Virus record (IMG/VR): IMGVR_UViG_3300032373_000061 | Location: 1 to 36,355 of that record | Source: a virus | Taxonomy: Duplodnaviria > Caudoviricetes | DNA length: 36,355 nucleotides | Reading direction: 5' to 3' (one strand) | Shown here: in pieces, positions 24,130-33,226 of the stretch | Layout: each line of letters opens with the position of its first letter | How positions within the stretch are numbered: position 1 is the stretch's first letter | The notes under the pieces: generated by a model | The model's input: only the letters and a program-made list of their open reading frames with translations | Database searches by the model: none | What the model was told of the DNA's origin: nothing | Position numbers and translations under genes: made by a program

Positions 24130-24461
24130 CGCTTGCCCCAATCTGTGAGCAGACCGTTCTGTCCGCCGCCCATCGCGCTTCGGTTCATTGCGGAAAACGA
24201 ACCAGCGCCGGGGGTTTCGTATCGTGGGAACTTCTGCCCCGTCCGTTTTTCATGCTCTACGGCCATTTGATAAGCTTGGTCTATGCCGACTTTTACAGGC
24301 CTCCCGTCTGGAGAGTACCAAATCATTGGAATGTTCCAAAATCCGCCATCAGGAGCGCGTTCCGTGGCTAGATATTCTGTTGACTGCCCGCCCAACCCTA
24401 CGTCTTTCGATTCATGCCTTTCCTTATCGAAAGGCTCCATGAAAAAATCGACCAGCCCCAT
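24126..24461 (-). CDS. Hypothetical protein
   Basis: Coupled to genes on both sides. Confidence 0.65.
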   Translation of the reverse strand: MGLVDFFMEPFDKERHESKDVGLGGQSTEYLATERAPDGGFWNIPMIWYSPDGRPVKVGIDQAYQMAVEHEKRTGQKFPRYETPGAGSFSAMNRSAMGGGQNGLLTDWGKR

Positions 24462-25939
24462 TATCGCCGCCCCCTAGAAGCCGTCCGAAGCCGTGGAATA
24501 CCCAAGCGCCAATCCGCCATTTCAACCGCGTCAACCCGCATTCGGATCTGCCGCCCCGTGAACCTCACGCTGGTTGGGTTTGTCATGGTGTATGGCCCAT
24601 ATTCGCGCTCTGTGTCGTTTGGGTGCATCCGCGTCTTGAATGTCGCGGTTACATCGCCCTGCGTTTTCTCATCAGGCAGTAATTCTGTGACCGAGAACGT
24701 GTTTTCACCCACGCCCATGCTAATCGGCCCTGTTTCGGCAAAAATTGATGCTGAACCCCACGAAAACGCGGCAATCTCATGCTGATAACCATCCCCGTCA
24801 CTGTCAAACCACACCGGATACCGCGCCGCGCCAGAATCTACAGCCGCCGTGCGGTCCATTTCACCGATAGACCAGATATTCTGGTTCGCATCATAAGCCA
24901 CATAACGGTCGATTTCCGTTGAACTGGCCGAGCAGTAGAACCACCAGACTTCATTAAACCGCGCATTCGTGACCGCGTGAGCCTTGCTGATCTGGTCGAT
25001 GTTAATGTCTGAGAAAACGTAATCCTCAACTTCACACGGCAAAGGCTCAACAGCCCCGCCAAGGTAGCGATAGAAGCTTTCCCGCCCCATCCAGTATGCG
25101 CCGCCATCCAGCACCGCCACCGCCGCAGGCGCGGCCAGACCGCAGGATGAGCCAACGCGCTCAAAGCCCCAAACAAACGGCGGCCCCTGATATGTGCCTG
25201 TGTGGGCATCGGTATCCGTCAGGATGAGTATTTGCCCCCGAAGCCTGCGCCCCGCCAAGATCCGGCCCGCCGTTTGCAGTTCAAGGCTACCCGCCTCGTT
25301 TGTCGCTGCTGGCGTCCATGTGGTGTTGTCCTCACGGTCAGACCACTGCACTTTCCTGTCGTTACTCCCCGCGCCCAAGGCAAACAGGAACCGCTCATCC
25401 GCCGACATTACCGCCGTGCAGCCTGTAGGTGCGCCGCTGATGGCCGCTGCTGGCGTTCCTGTGGATAGTGTCCACTCGTACAGCTTCCCGTCATCAGGCG
25501 AACAAGCCACAAGGTTTTCGCCCCAATTATCCATGGCCCAGACGGTCGCAAAAGATGTTACACCAGTTTCGGGCCGAGGCGTTCCGTATGTGCCGCGACC
25601 ATAAAACCCGCCGCCGAAGCCCGTATTGATAGTAGGGTTTTCAATGCCTGCTGTCAGGCCAACAGGTGTAACATCGCTTGTTGTGCCATCGCCCGCAACG
25701 ACATAAATCTTGTTGTATGTGCCAAACGCCAACCACCGGGCGCCTGTGGTCGTCACCCAAGAGTAGGCACCACGCGGAGCCGCGTTCAGTGTTGTGCCAC
25801 CGAATGAGCGCCATCCGCCCACGGGCTGCATCGCGCCCTCACGCCAGCGCACAAGGTTTGCATCACGCCAGCGCCCCGCTGATTGCAGATCAGTTCCGCC
25901 GCGCCGAATGCCGGGGGGGATTTCCAAGGGCATAAACAT
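24461..25939 (-). CDS. Tail hub/nozzle (DNA stabilisation) protein, beta-propeller type
   Basis: 492 aa, Trp-rich beta repeats 'VQWSDREDNTTW','NEVWWFY…DRYV.Y'; position after the adaptor and fibre genes. Confidence 0.75.
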   Translation of the reverse strand: MFMPLEIPPGIRRGGTDLQSAGRWRDANLVRWREGAMQPVGGWRSFGGTTLNAAPRGAYSWVTTTGARWLAFGTYNKIYVVAGDGTTSDVTPVGLTAGIENPTINTGFGGGFYGRGTYGTPRPETGVTSFATVWAMDNWGENLVACSPDDGKLYEWTLSTGTPAAAISGAPTGCTAVMSADERFLFALGAGSNDRKVQWSDREDNTTWTPAATNEAGSLELQTAGRILAGRRLRGQILILTDTDAHTGTYQGPPFVWGFERVGSSCGLAAPAAVAVLDGGAYWMGRESFYRYLGGAVEPLPCEVEDYVFSDINIDQISKAHAVTNARFNEVWWFYCSASSTEIDRYVAYDANQNIWSIGEMDRTAAVDSGAARYPVWFDSDGDGYQHEIAAFSWGSASIFAETGPISMGVGENTFSVTELLPDEKTQGDVTATFKTRMHPNDTEREYGPYTMTNPTSVRFTGRQIRMRVDAVEMADWRLGIPRLRTASRGRR

Positions 25940-26316
25940 TAAGTCAACACCACATCATAAATTGTACTGGCGGTCAGTAGCGTAACGCCAGATGCCCAAG
26001 TCGCTTGGCCATTGATGCCAGATGTGTTTAATGTCGCATCCGCAAAGGCATAATCTGTACCGCCAATAGTCAATGTCGTGAAGCCACTAAATGCGGACTC
26101 AGGCTGGTCCAGAGCCATAAACAGACGGCTATTTGAACTGTTTGTGTATATTGACTTAGTTCCAGCGGGTACAGCCGCTGCCAAGCTGAACTCCCTGTTC
26201 AGAGAGCCAAAATCTGTAGGTTCCCAATTGTTGTTGAGGTTAAACCCAACCAACACGCCATCCGCTGCGGCTGTCAGCTTGCTAACGGGGCCGCTGTTGC
26301 CCACCGGGAGCAACAT
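25939..26316 (-). CDS. Putative tail accessory protein
   Basis: Ser/Thr/Gly/Asn-rich; TAATG coupling. Confidence 0.6.
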   Translation of the reverse strand: MLLPVGNSGPVSKLTAAADGVLVGFNLNNNWEPTDFGSLNREFSLAAAVPAGTKSIYTNSSNSRLFMALDQPESAFSGFTTLTIGGTDYAFADATLNTSGINGQATWASGVTLLTASTIYDVVLT

Positions 26317-26729
26317 TAGGCCGCGCTCCCCACATAACTAAGATAAAGCGTGGAGCCTCGCTTCCAAATGCTGATCACGTCCTCTGACGTATATGAAAGA
26401 GGAGCGCCACCGACCCAAGTGGACGCGGGCCATGTCGGGGTGTAGGTGTCGCCTCCAAGCAAGTGGAATATGGCGGTATCCCCATCTGCGAAACTGTCGG
26501 TGAATGTGGTATTAGAGGCCATCGTGTAGTCAATGACCTGTCCGCCCGCTGCGGTTAGTGCTGTGCTGGCAAGCGTTGGCGTTGTGGCCCGCAACCTGAC
26601 AACAGGCGTAGTCCCGTCAAACAGATCATCCGCCTTGTCCCAGTTGGCGTTAAGCAGAGTCCCCCACGAATCTTCCTCAGTGCCGGGTGTTGGCGTATTG
26701 AATGCAAGTGATGTGGTTGTGGTTGCCAT
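26316..26729 (-). CDS. Short tail fibre/spike-type protein
   Basis: N-terminal 'P.PG.E.DSWG..LN.NWD..D' anchor motif; C-terminal 'TWPAS.W.GG.P'. Confidence 0.65.
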   Translation of the reverse strand: MATTTTSLAFNTPTPGTEEDSWGTLLNANWDKADDLFDGTTPVVRLRATTPTLASTALTAAGGQVIDYTMASNTTFTDSFADGDTAIFHLLGGDTYTPTWPASTWVGGAPLSYTSEDVISIWKRGSTLYLSYVGSAA

Positions 26730-26734
26730 GTGAT

Positions 26735-27133
26735 CTACTCTATCCCTACTGCGGCCCTAAACAGGTCATCCACCTGCAAGTCCGTTAGCCCCTTGGCGTC
26801 ACGCATTAGCGCGACGATTGGGTTGTCCCTGTGAATATTGAGAACGCTCAAGGCTTTCACCTTTGCCGCCATCTGCTCAACGCCACTCAAGCCGCTGTTA
26901 GAAATTGCGGCCTCTGCAAATGCGGGGAGACTGTTCCCGCCCGCGAAGTTCACGGCGTCCTCTGCTGTGATGACGCCAGACGCGGCCAAAGCGATTGCAA
27001 ACTGCGTCCGAGTAACAGGCAGCAACGCCTGCCGGGCGATCAAAACCTTTTCCGCAGCGGTTGGCTCTGGCCCCCAAATTTCCTCTTTGGTTACGCGCCT
27101 ACGGGTGCCATCTGACTTACGAATATACGCCAT
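26735..27133 (-). CDS. Tail-fibre assembly/chaperone-like protein
   Basis: 'VTR.QF..AL…R.NP.V..M….GLT..QVDDLF..A' pattern following a fibre gene. Confidence 0.6.
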   Translation of the reverse strand: MAYIRKSDGTRRRVTKEEIWGPEPTAAEKVLIARQALLPVTRTQFAIALAASGVITAEDAVNFAGGNSLPAFAEAAISNSGLSGVEQMAAKVKALSVLNIHRDNPIVALMRDAKGLTDLQVDDLFRAAVGIE

Positions 27134-28194
27134 TATGCACCATCCTCTATGCCGTATAGGTGGAAGTCCCCACTAAAGATATTGCCTGTACTTTGTAGGA
27201 ACCTAATAGCATCGACGGCTGTGGATGACTCTCTTCGGCCAGCTACTGTGACACCTTGGATAAGGTTAGAAGAGTTTTGATAGCAAGACGTTCCGTAAAT
27301 AACTGTCTTATTCGTACCGTTTGCGGGATAAATAACTAATTCCCCAAACCAATTCGCAGCGGAAAAGTAGACGGAAGGGCCTAGTTCGATTTCGGTATCC
27401 CCGCCCACGTCATCTGCTTGAGTTGCCGCGCTGCTTGCCCCCCAGTAGGTCCACCGATAATCGGAGGCCCCGCTATCAAACGTGGTCCCTCCATCCGTTG
27501 ACGTTCTTAGGTACGGAACAGAACTGGACAAGGGCGCAACATTTGCAAAGCGCACTAGGTAAGCCGTATACCCACCAGTTAGGCTAATATCTATCGCCGC
27601 GTCATTGCTTGCCGTGGTTTTACTGATTGGAACCAGCCCACCGCCGCCGCCCGCCGCCGCCTCAAGCCCAATAGTGCCTGCCGCGTTATCGTAGGTCAGG
27701 ACGTAATCATCTTGACCCGCGCCAACCGTCTGATCTGCGTTGAACGTAAAGTTGCCCAGTAGAACGTTGCCCGTTCCGTTTGGCTCAATGTCGATATTGC
27801 CGTTTGACGTGGAAACAATCTTGTTGCCGTTCACGTCCAAGCTGCCACCAAGCTGCGGGGTTGTGTCTGAAACCACGTCCTGCAACGCGCTATCCGCTGT
27901 CGTGCCCTGCGCCGCCGTGGCGTAGTCTGTGGTGTCAAATGCTTTCACTTGGGCGAGGTTTGTCACTTCGCTGTCCATCAACGCGCCTGCCGCCGTTACA
28001 TCGGCGGTTGATACCGAAGTTAGGAACCCCGCGTCATTGCTCAGTAACGAAAGCGGGATGCTGTTGATTTGGAACGTCACCACCTCGCCATTGGCATCAT
28101 TCGTGGTGTTGGACACGTCAATGCCCAGAACACGATCCGTTGCCGCTGGCGTGGTTGCCGGAAACTCGGCTGTGTCGTTAATCTTCACGCCCAT
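27133..28194 (-). CDS. Tail fibre / receptor-binding protein
   Basis: 'DTTPQLGG.LDVNG', 'NGNI.I.PNGTG.V', poly-Gly hinge, C-terminal 'VDAIRF..STGNI.SG.F.LYG' domain. Confidence 0.8.
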   Translation of the reverse strand: MGVKINDTAEFPATTPAATDRVLGIDVSNTTNDANGEVVTFQINSIPLSLLSNDAGFLTSVSTADVTAAGALMDSEVTNLAQVKAFDTTDYATAAQGTTADSALQDVVSDTTPQLGGSLDVNGNKIVSTSNGNIDIEPNGTGNVLLGNFTFNADQTVGAGQDDYVLTYDNAAGTIGLEAAAGGGGGLVPISKTTASNDAAIDISLTGGYTAYLVRFANVAPLSSSVPYLRTSTDGGTTFDSGASDYRWTYWGASSAATQADDVGGDTEIELGPSVYFSAANWFGELVIYPANGTNKTVIYGTSCYQNSSNLIQGVTVAGRRESSTAVDAIRFLQSTGNIFSGDFHLYGIEDGA

Positions 28195-28379
28195 TACACA
28201 TCAACCCATGTCTCATCATTGGCCGAAGCCGCAGACCAAGGGGCAAGTAAGCCCCAAACCAATTCATTGCCGCTTTCGTCCAGCAGGACGTTACTACTTT
28301 CATCAAGCATTCGGATTTCGCCGCCTGTGGCCAGATCGCCCCATTGCTCGGAGTTGGCGTTGGCGTCAGTCCACGTCAT
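28194..28379 (-). CDS. Small acidic Trp-rich virion protein
   Basis: Start reassigned to ATG 28379 (ATGA overlap); ends 'ETWVDV'. Confidence 0.55.
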   Translation of the reverse strand: MTWTDANANSEQWGDLATGGEIRMLDESSNVLLDESGNELVWGLLAPWSAASANDETWVDV

Positions 28380-28567
28380 TTCTTCACCGGATATTCGATT
28401 TCGGCCCACATGTCCGGCTCAAGGCGCTCAAGGCCCGTCTGTGACGTTGCGCCCCACCAATTTCCATCAACGTGCTTGCTACCAATGAAAAATTCATGGA
28501 ACTTTTCTTTCCAAAGCAATACATCGCGGTCATCATCCGGCGCGGTGTCCATCGGTTGCCAAATCAC
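28376..28567 (-). CDS. DUF551-like small protein
   Basis: 'WQPMDTAP.D.R.VLLW…P..W..I..P'. Confidence 0.6.
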   Translation of the reverse strand: MIWQPMDTAPDDDRDVLLWKEKFHEFFIGSKHVDGNWWGATSQTGLERLEPDMWAEIEYPVKK

Positions 28568-29178
28568 TTGCGAACCCTCCGCCGCTTGCCTGCGCCGCCG
28601 AACTTGCCAGCCTCGCCCTGCTTATTGACCTGCGCCACTGCCTGAGCGTATAGACCGCCCCACGTTGCCACGCGGGCATCTTCCACCAGATAGGGCGCAG
28701 AATGAATTAGAGCGCCGTAGAGATACACGTCAGGCGCGTTTGCCAGCACCCAGTTGCTTGTATTGCTGTCGCTCAGGGCCGGAACCTTGGCGCGATAGTA
28801 GAGCGTTGCCGTGAGCGCCGCTGATGGCGTGGGCAGAAACTCAAACTCATCACCCACAAGAGCATAGAAACACGGCGTTCCTGCATCGTCGTCACGCGCA
28901 TTGCGCCGATCATGCATGTCCTGAACGCTGATAGGCTGCATTGGCGCGTCCGTTGTGCCAACTTGGAACCGGATAGGAGACACAAAGTCATCAGGCACCG
29001 CAGAGAAACGCGCATCAATCGAAGCCGTTGCCCGCTTTTCCATCCGCCAGTGCTTCAGGTCGCGCTGCATGGATGCCTCGGCCAGCGTGATAAAGTCCGG
29101 CACAACTGCGGTCAGGTCGTCACGGTTCAAGAACCCCGCGATAGACGTTTGCAATTCTGCGTATGTGGTGAGCGCCAT
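28564..29178 (-). CDS. Head-tail adaptor protein
   Basis: 'MALTTYAELQTSIA.FLNRDDLT…FI.LAEA…NW.L..APD.YLYGAL..SAPYL.ED.R..W'. Confidence 0.85.
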   Translation of the reverse strand: MALTTYAELQTSIAGFLNRDDLTAVVPDFITLAEASMQRDLKHWRMEKRATASIDARFSAVPDDFVSPIRFQVGTTDAPMQPISVQDMHDRRNARDDDAGTPCFYALVGDEFEFLPTPSAALTATLYYRAKVPALSDSNTSNWVLANAPDVYLYGALIHSAPYLVEDARVATWGGLYAQAVAQVNKQGEAGKFGGAGKRRRVRK

Positions 29179-29954
29179 TACAGAATCTCCGCCATTACAG
29201 CGGAAAACTCTGCATTAACCTCGGTGCCGCTGGCGCTAGAAACGGCAGTGATGCGGACCTCGCAGTTATTCTCAACGATCAAAAACGGCGTGACGGGCTG
29301 GTAAAATGAGTTGCTGCCTGTTGTGGACGCCGAAACCCTGAACTTAGGCAGGAACACACCACCCGGCTTTTGCACCTCAAGCTCAAAATCAACAACGGCA
29401 GTCTGTTTCTTGTCAACAGCCACCGAAAGCCCCGTGATAAACGCGACTTCATCGTCTGCGGTTGTAATGCAGGCTTTATAGCTTTGGTTTTCGCCCGCGA
29501 GTATCTTCATGTGGATCTTGTCGGCAGTCTGCGGAACTCCCGCCGTTACGGTATCGGCTTCATAAACGTAAACATCGCCGACGAATGACACCCCGTTGGA
29601 GTTAAACCCGCGCTGCACCCGCGCAAGTGGCGTCGTCAACGGTGCCGCAGTTTGGCCCGCAAGGGTGACTTCCTGCACTACAAGCGTAAACTTTGCGTCT
29701 GCGCCCGTGCCGCTTACGGTGTGGCCTTCAACAGTGAAAACGCCTGTGTCGCTGCCGGATGAACTGCTAAACGTATCAATGGCATTTGTTGTCGGGAAAA
29801 CTTCAAACCCGCCTTGGTTCCAAACCGTCTCCTTAGACGTGCCTAGATCATCATTCTTGCCGAACTTTAGGACAGACTTGCCCTTGCCCTTAGCGGTGAC
29901 GCTAATCAGGTTTTGGAGCCTCGCCTCTTGTTCTGCGTATGCAACCCAATCCAT
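29178..29954 (-). CDS. Putative virion structural protein (beta-rich)
   Basis: 'KFG.N.D…ETVW..GG' N-terminus; lies between terminase and adaptor. Confidence 0.6.
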   Translation of the reverse strand: MDWVAYAEQEARLQNLISVTAKGKGKSVLKFGKNDDLGTSKETVWNQGGFEVFPTTNAIDTFSSSSGSDTGVFTVEGHTVSGTGADAKFTLVVQEVTLAGQTAAPLTTPLARVQRGFNSNGVSFVGDVYVYEADTVTAGVPQTADKIHMKILAGENQSYKACITTADDEVAFITGLSVAVDKKQTAVVDFELEVQKPGGVFLPKFRVSASTTGSNSFYQPVTPFLIVENNCEVRITAVSSASGTEVNAEFSAVMAEIL

Positions 29955-29955
29955 C

Positions 29956-31281
29956 CTATAATCCTTTAATTCCGCGCTTAGGCGATGACCATTTGCGGGC
30001 GTTGCTCTTTGGCCTGTCGATCACATCAACCGCCATCTGCCCGAATGCATCCGCTGAGTGGCTGGACCAATCATGCTCCGGCCCAAGCCCCATATCGCGC
30101 TTTTCGTCTTGCTTTTCGTGATACCAGCCAAGCGCCTCGCGCCCGCCTTTTGTCTTTTCGCGGTCAAACACAATGCGGGGGAAAACCCTGCGCACCGCTG
30201 CAACCCGCTGCATCGCGGCCCCGCTACCGATGTTCCGGCAGACCTCAACTAGGAATCCTGCGTCCTTTAGGAAGGATTCAGGCGTCACCTTGTGAACCAT
30301 GTCATGTTTGCGCCCATCGTGGGGCAGCATCATCACGGCCTTGCTGTGGCCATTGCTGTGAAGCCAGCCAACATGCTCGCCAAACTCTTGGCCCACTGCC
30401 TCGTAGTGGTCGATTACGCGGATCTGCTCACCAGCGAATTGCACGACCCAGATGGCCGTTGCGTCCGACTTGCCGCTAGTCCCGCCTATATCCCAGTATG
30501 CGTATTTGCGCAGAAGTGGATCGGTGCTGATAACATCGATCCGGCCCTCACGTTCTGCAAGGTTGAGCGCGTCCGCATAGTATGCGCCTTTAAAGACCAC
30601 GGCATACTCGCCTTCCCAAATATGCCCATACTGCTCAGGGTCATTCTTGAGCGCGTCTTGGCGTTCCTGCTCAAGCACCTTTGGGAACCAAGGATTGTCA
30701 GACCAGTTAGCCTCAACAACAACCGAATCCTTTGGTGGATTAGGGCCGCGCAAAAACTTATCAACCGGGTCTTTCGCGTGTCGTGGGTTCCAAGGAAACC
30801 AAATCTCCGAGGCAAGCCCGCGTGTTGCATCTTCCCAACGGATTGTTGGTCTAAGCAACCGCATGGATTTTTCCGAAAGCGTCTGCGCTTCCTCAACCTT
30901 AGCCCTGTGAAAGCCTTCCATTGACTTGATGCTGTCTGCAGTGTGGTCCTGCATCCCCTGAAAGATCATCACGCCATCACCGGGCAGTTCAATCTTATCC
31001 TTGAACACCTTGAAGCCTTGAGCCTCGCCTAACCCGTAATCGTGCAGTTTCTTTTCAAACAGCGCCTTGGATGAATATTGCAGTGACTTCTGGACTTCGC
31101 GGATCTGCGCAAACCGCAAACCCTCGCCAGCATCACCGGGCCATCTAAGCGCGTCCTCTACCGCCAAGTCCTCAAAGAACTGCGACTTGCCCGATCCTCG
31201 GCCACCATGCGCGCCCTTGTATCGTGCCGGATGCAGAAGCGGTTCAAAGACCGCCGCTGTCTTAATCTGTAGACTTGACAA
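29956..31281 (-). CDS. terL: Terminase large subunit (PBSX-like)
   Basis: Walker A 'GGRGSGKS', Walker B 'KVEEAQ', 'WNP', nuclease 'WDIG…D.TAIW', 'HDWSSHSADAF'. Confidence 0.95.
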   Translation of the reverse strand: MSSLQIKTAAVFEPLLHPARYKGAHGGRGSGKSQFFEDLAVEDALRWPGDAGEGLRFAQIREVQKSLQYSSKALFEKKLHDYGLGEAQGFKVFKDKIELPGDGVMIFQGMQDHTADSIKSMEGFHRAKVEEAQTLSEKSMRLLRPTIRWEDATRGLASEIWFPWNPRHAKDPVDKFLRGPNPPKDSVVVEANWSDNPWFPKVLEQERQDALKNDPEQYGHIWEGEYAVVFKGAYYADALNLAEREGRIDVISTDPLLRKYAYWDIGGTSGKSDATAIWVVQFAGEQIRVIDHYEAVGQEFGEHVGWLHSNGHSKAVMMLPHDGRKHDMVHKVTPESFLKDAGFLVEVCRNIGSGAAMQRVAAVRRVFPRIVFDREKTKGGREALGWYHEKQDEKRDMGLGPEHDWSSHSADAFGQMAVDVIDRPKSNARKWSSPKRGIKGL

Positions 31282-31516
31282 TTAAGCGTTCGATTTGCTG
31301 AACCTGTACAGGCTTTTCGCCACCTTCGATAGTGGTTGTTGAAAGCTTTGGCATCACCCGATCAAGCAGGCCAAGGGCCGCTGCAACCTGAGTGCTTGTC
31401 ATTTCTCGTTTGCTTTCAGCATGTTCGATCAAGTGCTTGAGAATTTTGGAGTTTGCGATTTTAGTACGATGCTCGGCCCCCATCTGGAAACCTGCTGTTC
31501 TGCCTCGTCCTGCCAT
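31262..31516 (-). CDS. terS: Terminase small subunit (putative)
   Basis: Start reassigned to ATG 31516; 'M.STQV.AA..LL.RV.PKL'; overlaps the terL start. Confidence 0.7.
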   Translation of the reverse strand: MAGRGRTAGFQMGAEHRTKIANSKILKHLIEHAESKREMTSTQVAAALGLLDRVMPKLSTTTIEGGEKPVQVQQIERLIVKSTD

Positions 31517-31572
31517 TGGATACACCTTGCTCAGTCCCTTGCGGGGTGCTGGCCTTTGTGTTGGGGTAATGC

Positions 31573-31645
31573 AAAAAGGCGCAATCCTTTTGGACGCGCC
31601 CCTTGCGATAGATATGAAGATAGCGTTTAGCGTGACAAGGGTCAA
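31573..31645 (-). promoter_or_regulatory. Late promoter followed by a terminator (pR'/tR'-like)
   Basis: TTGACC(31645-31640)-17 bp-TATCTT(31622-31617), then hairpin GGCGC-GTCC-AAAA-GGAT-TGCGCC-TTTTT. Confidence 0.7.
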
Positions 31646-32169
31646 TAGCGCAGGTGATCCGCCACGCGATCCATTGACTGCGCGAAGCGGGCCAGCCATC
31701 TTCGGCGCTCGGTGCGCGTCAACGTCTGGGGCTTTTCGTTATGCCAGCAGATATGCTCCACGATTTGCCGCTCTGATCTGAGAACCGCCCTCATGGCTCT
31801 GGCCAGGCGTGACTGCGCGTCTACCTGTGCTGAGATAACAGCATCGGGCTTGGGTGATGACTGCACTTGCTCCTTGAGCGGCCCGCCACTGGATAGGCTT
31901 TCAACCTTGCCATATGCGTTCTGGATCTCCTTCGCCGCCTGCACCTGCCTGAGTGTTAGGCTTGTGAGCGTGTCAATCACGTTGACCCTGACCCGCCGCG
32001 CCATCCGGTTTGGGTTGCGCCCGTCCTCGGTTAGCACCTCTCGTACCACGGTCCCCGCGTTTGCCGCTGTGGTTCCCGTGCCGTGGTCCCCGTTCCATGG
32101 GGCGGTTGATACGCTCACCGACCGCTTGGCTTTGATGACCGTGCCACGCTTCAACTTACGCCTGCTCAT
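31642..32169 (-). CDS. Putative late-gene regulator (DUF6456/Q-position protein)
   Basis: 'LT.RQ.QAA', C-terminal 'R.IVEHIC…MDRVADHL'; directly upstream of the late promoter. Confidence 0.6.
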   Translation of the reverse strand: MSRRKLKRGTVIKAKRSVSVSTAPWNGDHGTGTTAANAGTVVREVLTEDGRNPNRMARRVRVNVIDTLTSLTLRQVQAAKEIQNAYGKVESLSSGGPLKEQVQSSPKPDAVISAQVDAQSRLARAMRAVLRSERQIVEHICWHNEKPQTLTRTERRRWLARFAQSMDRVADHLRY

Positions 32170-32366
32170 CCAAACACCCTTTCCGCTATTGCCTCATCTG
32201 TCAGTTGCGCCTCAAGCTTGGCCTTGTTGGCCTGTAGCCAATCCACCATGCCCTGAAGCGTATCCACGCGCTTTTGCAGCGCCGCGTTCTGCACCCATAG
32301 TTCCGTGATGGTCTGCGTTTGGGTGGTGTTCTGCGCCTGTAGTTGTTCTGCCTCTTCTGGGGTCAC
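32166..32366 (-). CDS. Hypothetical coiled-coil protein
   Basis: GTGA coupling. Confidence 0.65.
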   Translation of the reverse strand: MTPEEAEQLQAQNTTQTQTITELWVQNAALQKRVDTLQGMVDWLQANKAKLEAQLTDEAIAERVFG

Positions 32367-32530
32367 TGTTTGGCCTTCCAGATCAATATTGCCATGGCCC
32401 GCTCATCCGCAGTGGCTGGCGTCTTGTGGCGGTTGGGGCAGTCAAAGAAAAATCCCATGAACGGACTGATCTTGATCGCCCCCACCCCGCACACTTTGCA
32501 CGTCCTGAAATTGCTCGCTGTTACTGGCAT
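32363..32530 (-). CDS. Lar-like zinc-finger protein
   Basis: 'CKVCG…CPNRH…A..IW'; start probably ATG 32530. Confidence 0.5.
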   Translation of the reverse strand: MPVTASNFRTCKVCGVGAIKISPFMGFFFDCPNRHKTPATADERAMAILIWKAKQ

Positions 32531-32904
32531 TTTACCTTGCTCCACTTCAGCTTGTTCGGCTTTCCGCTTTTCTTGAGGATTTTCAGGTCATGCATCTTAT
32601 TCAAGCTGTGCCGCATGGCCTCTGGTGTTACCCCTACGGCATCGGCAACTTGCAGTGCAGTCACTGGCCCGTCTGCGTCGCTGATGAACTTGAGTGCCTT
32701 TGCCGCCGTGAGTGTCCGCTTGCCCGCCTTGGGGTGCTTGCCGCGAAGGGTTGTTTGCTTAACCTTTGCTCCGGGCTTTAACATCTGCTCTACAAACCAT
32801 TCCTCCGCGCCCTTGGGCAGGTCAGGCAAATGCGCTGGCCGTGACGCCGCTGCTTGGTTCGCCGCCTGCTCGTGCTTGCGGTCCATTCTGTGAGATAGGT
32901 TCAT
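32521..32904 (-). CDS. Winged-HTH protein
   Basis: 'GPVTALQVADAVGVTPEAMRHSLNKM'; start reassigned to 32904. Confidence 0.7.
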   Translation of the reverse strand: MNLSHRMDRKHEQAANQAAASRPAHLPDLPKGAEEWFVEQMLKPGAKVKQTTLRGKHPKAGKRTLTAAKALKFISDADGPVTALQVADAVGVTPEAMRHSLNKMHDLKILKKSGKPNKLKWSKVKCQ

Positions 32905-33029
32905 TGCAGCGCCCCCCAAATGTGAAACGCAAAGATGGCAACGAAAATGAATGCGTAGATGTAAAGCCCGGTCAGCACGATCCTCAGCAACACATTCGCC
33001 GTTTTGTAAAACTCGTCCTTCTCACTCAT
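32901..33029 (-). CDS. 42-aa single-TM protein
   Basis: Manually translated MSEKDEFYKTANVLLRIVLTGLYIYAFIFVAIFAFHIWGALQ*; SD AAGGAG; ATGA overlaps on both sides. Confidence 0.65.
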   Translation of the reverse strand: MSEKDEFYKTANVLLRIVLTGLYIYAFIFVAIFAFHIWGALQ

Positions 33030-33226
33030 GTGATCTGCTCCTTTGCTTGCTTGATTGCGCCTGCCGCGTAGCCCAGTGCGATAAGGTAGGCCTCATTCCA
33101 CCCCTCAAGCAGTAACCGCTTGCAGTATGCCACCTGTGCGGCCTGCGCCTCTGTCTGGCGGGGTTTCTCGCCCTGCCCTGCGGGTGGGTTGTTCTCGCCA
33201 TAGTGGCCATATTCTGAGAAGGTCAT
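33026..33226 (-). CDS. Hypothetical protein
   Basis: SD GGAGG; ATGA coupling. Confidence 0.65.
   Translation of the reverse strand: MTFSEYGHYGENNPPAGQGEKPRQTEAQAAQVAYCKRLLLEGWNEAYLIALGYAAGAIKQAKEQIT

Noticed and set aside
26316-28194. Diversity-generating retroelement or fibre shufflon
   Set aside because: No reverse transcriptase, no template/variable repeat pair and no inverted fibre copies seen.
11083-31281. Numerous + strand ORFs in the ORF track opposite structural genes
   Set aside because: Shadow frames of GC-rich coding sequence without SD or motifs; only 16416-16619 has independent support.
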